From Candidatus Bathyarchaeia archaeon (GTDB lineage: Archaea > Thermoproteota > Bathyarchaeia > Bathyarchaeales > Bathycorpusculaceae): a DNA stretch of 28,331 bases. The notes below the pieces were generated by a model. That model was not told where the DNA came from. It ran no database searches and saw only the letters and a program-made list of their open reading frames with translations. Both the position numbers and the translations under genes were made by a program. Below, piece by piece: positions 26,014-28,331 of this stretch. Positions within the stretch are counted from its first letter, which is position 1, and each line of letters begins with the position of its first letter. The stretch lies in the NCBI GenBank assembly GCA_050010515.1, contig JBEKKX010000032.1, forward strand, positions 1 through 28,331, read 5' to 3'.

Positions 26014-26220
26014 ATGAAGCCAACTTCAATCGTGAAATGCACAAAATGCAGCGGTCTAATGCTCACTACTAAGGGGCAACGAACAAAAGTTTGTCCTTAC
26101 TGCGGCGCACACGTAGATCTGTTGCGGGCGCAGCAAGTAGCTTCAGCAAGCAATCCATTTGAAGCTTCAGAAATGCTTCGCAAACTAAAAAACGCACAAG
26201 GATTCAACCGCAAGACTTAA
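26014..26220 (+). CDS. DUF1922-like Zn-ribbon protein
   Basis: CTKCSG ... TKVCPYCG ... EASEMLRKLK; likely ATG start 26014. Confidence 0.75.
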   Translation: MKPTSIVKCTKCSGLMLTTKGQRTKVCPYCGAHVDLLRAQQVASASNPFEASEMLRKLKNAQGFNRKT

Positions 26221-27155
26221 CGCATCCGCCGCAGCATCTCGCATGTCTTGCATAAATCCGAAGCTGAAGGCTCCCCGCATTCAACGCATATTTTGAAGGC
26301 TTCTTTCTTAGCCGTCTCCTCTAAGGCGGGTCTTAAACGTTCTATGGCTTTGAGAACTGTGAATTTTGTTCCAGCATGCTTCGCTTCCATGCGGTTAAGC
26401 ATCCAGCGAATATCATTGCGCAGTGCTTCAGAAGCGTAGGGGCATGGAGTGTCTTGGAACTGAATTTTTTTGACGTAAGCGTACAGAGCGCTTTCTTTTT
26501 CGGGAATTTCGCAGAAAGGCTTAATCTTCTGCACCAATAGCGGATGCACTTCGCTGGTGACTGGTTTCTCCTTAGCCAACCGCATGATGTCGCCGTGGAA
26601 AATGTTCATGAGGATTGTTTGCGCTTCGTCGTCTAACGTGTGGGCAGTTGCAACTTTGTCGGCTTTAACCTGCCGGGCGCCGATGTTTATGGCTTTTCGC
26701 CTAAGTACGCCGCAGTAAGCGCAGGCAGTTAACTCTGTTTCCCCTTTGCCATGTGCTTTAAGGATTATTTCGTCTAGCGTGAAGCCATAAAGCTCTTTGA
26801 ATGAGACAATGTGGTGGGGAATTTCGAGTTTTTTGCAGTTTGCCGCTGCAATTTCTAATGCTTCATTTCTGTAGCCTTTTATGCCCTCATCCACTGTTAC
26901 CGCAGTAAGCGTGGTTTTGGGACGAAACCGCTTCAGCTTCGCCAAAATATGCAGCAGGCTTAAGCTGTCTTTGCCGCCTGAAACTGCCACTGCCAAATGG
27001 TCATCAAAGTTGAGCATGTGGTAGCGTGTGATGGTTGTTCTTACCTTTGCTTCGATGGATTGGGTGAAGCATTTTTTGCACAGCGTTTCACCTGAATACT
27101 GCCTGTGAAAGAAGGCTTCTCTGGTTTTGCAGGCGCTACAGACGTGTGCAGTCAT
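26217..27155 (-). CDS. ttuA: tRNA 2-thiolation protein, TtuA/Ncs6 (TIGR00269) family
   Basis: N- and C-terminal Zn fingers, SGGKDS PP-loop, VDEGI.GYR, CAYCGVLRR, AHTLDDEAQT and CPY motifs. Confidence 0.92.
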   Translation of the reverse strand: MTAHVCSACKTREAFFHRQYSGETLCKKCFTQSIEAKVRTTITRYHMLNFDDHLAVAVSGGKDSLSLLHILAKLKRFRPKTTLTAVTVDEGIKGYRNEALEIAAANCKKLEIPHHIVSFKELYGFTLDEIILKAHGKGETELTACAYCGVLRRKAINIGARQVKADKVATAHTLDDEAQTILMNIFHGDIMRLAKEKPVTSEVHPLLVQKIKPFCEIPEKESALYAYVKKIQFQDTPCPYASEALRNDIRWMLNRMEAKHAGTKFTVLKAIERLRPALEETAKKEAFKICVECGEPSASDLCKTCEMLRRMR

Positions 27156-27262
27156 TGGGTTTTCACGGTTTAACATTTGATTGGCTATTAAACTATATTG
27201 AACAAAGCCATACTTATCTCCCGCACTATTTCCCCTTTTTCTTTTTTTGGAGCCTTCTAAGG

Positions 27263-27469
27263 ATGGTGAACGCTGAAAGGGTTAAGCGTAAACTGCCTTC
27301 CTTGCTTGTAGATGATTGCAGCAACCGGCGCAAGAAAGGCTGGAACAAGTTTATGAGAACAAGAGCAAGGTTAAGCAAGTTTAAGACGCATAACCCAGAG
27401 AAATATAATACTTTAGTGAATAAGGTAATAGCTGATCTTTCAGAGTTTGAGAAGGCCGTTAATTCTTAG
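27263..27469 (+). CDS. small basic hypothetical protein
   Basis: 68 aa from ATG 27263, helical and basic, followed by a T-tract. Confidence 0.5.
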   Translation: MVNAERVKRKLPSLLVDDCSNRRKKGWNKFMRTRARLSKFKTHNPEKYNTLVNKVIADLSEFEKAVNS

Positions 27470-27812
27470 ACTTTTTTATTCGTTTTAGGTTTAAGTGTCT
27501 CTTTCGTTAATAATATTATGCTATTATACATATGTGGTATCAGATTTTTTTTATATAGTCTATAATGTTAGGCGCTGTGCAAGGCGTTCCTAAACAACTT
27601 AGACTCCGCTCAAATAGGTAAGCTACAGCACCTTCTGGAACAAAATATCAAAGCCGTTGGCGGAGCAAGCCCCGGCAGGATGGACCATCTCCAAAAAAAC
27701 CTTAATGAGGGAAACTTTAGCGAAACTTTGGTACATTGTCTTCCAGTTCAGCGTTGCTATCTTTACTGGGTGAATCCTGAGTATAAAGAAACAGGAACTG
27801 CGTCAGTATCAA

Positions 27813-28166
27813 ATGCGCTGTTTAAAGATTGATAATAAATGGGTAAACCTGATTCTAAATGGAACGAAAACATGGGAGATTAGGCGAAGAAATACAACGA
27901 TTCGAGAGCAAATTGCATTAGGAAATAAAAAAACTAAACGTAGTGTTGGTTACGTCAGAATTGTTGATTCGATAGAAATGACTGTTAAAGAATTAAAGAA
28001 GCATAATGATAAGCATCAAGCTAACGATTTCTTGGATAAATATGCGAACGGGAGAGAACGGTTATTCGCGTGGATTTTACATGATGTCAGGGTTGAGCAA
28101 AAGCCTAAGCCTTATTCTCACTCTACAGGATCATGGTGCAGGATTCTAAATGAGAATCAAGCTTAG
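27813..28166 (+). CDS. ASCH domain protein
   Basis: LKI...WVNLILNGTKTWEIRR (GxKxxExR) and C-terminal LFAWIL..V. Confidence 0.88.
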   Translation: MRCLKIDNKWVNLILNGTKTWEIRRRNTTIREQIALGNKKTKRSVGYVRIVDSIEMTVKELKKHNDKHQANDFLDKYANGRERLFAWILHDVRVEQKPKPYSHSTGSWCRILNENQA

Positions 28167-28210
28167 GAGCGCGGGGACAGGCTAAACAACAGGCTTCACA
28201 TAGGCGCGTT

Positions 28211-28331
28211 TTAGGATATTTTGAATAGGATGCGTTGTGGGATGCCTTCGTCTTCCAGCACTAGGTACTTGAGGCCTTCGGTGTCGCCAAGTTGGTCTAG
28301 CCATTTTAATGCATCGCGTGCTTTCTGTAAT
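28211..28331 (-). CDS. 3' end of a gene running off the window edge
   Basis: Open frame ...LQKARDALKWLDQLGDTEGLKYLVLEDEGIPQRILFKIS* with coding-like composition; family not recognised. Confidence 0.6.
   Translation of the reverse strand, partial: LQKARDALKWLDQLGDTEGLKYLVLEDEGIPQRILFKIS

Noticed and set aside
27572-27832. Open frame of about 86 codons upstream of the ASCH gene
   Set aside because: No start at its 5' end and no recognisable homology.
1-28331. CRISPR array, tRNA, rRNA or intact transposase
   Set aside because: No regularly spaced repeats, cloverleaf, rRNA segments or transposase motifs were seen by eye.

Overview
Archaeal chromosome segment, most consistent with Bathyarchaeia (TACK); this is inferred from gene content and family style, not from a search. 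Core content: an MMPL/RND transporter, a methanofuran biosynthesis cluster (mfnB-mfnA-[DUF433]-mfnD-mfnF-mfnE, with a divergent HisA/HisF-like gene and no mfnC), a pelota-like paralog, thioredoxin, transcription factor S, the RNase P RNA gene (minus strand, about 23993-24310), an AK6-type kinase and a TtuA/Ncs6 tRNA thiolase. The 14-24 kb stretch is accessory. Features missed by the ORF track: a Cren7-like 54-aa gene, a 28-aa basic peptide, an ACG-initiated winged-helix gene, two box C/D guide RNAs whose first guides both appear to match the helix-35 region of LSU rRNA, and an integrase-like remnant just downstream of rnpB. The best candidate for an undescribed system is the AT-rich coupled gene pair at 22455-23650 (wHTH protein plus wHTH-PLD-like nuclease) next to that remnant. 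All family assignments come from motif recognition and recall; no database searches were run.
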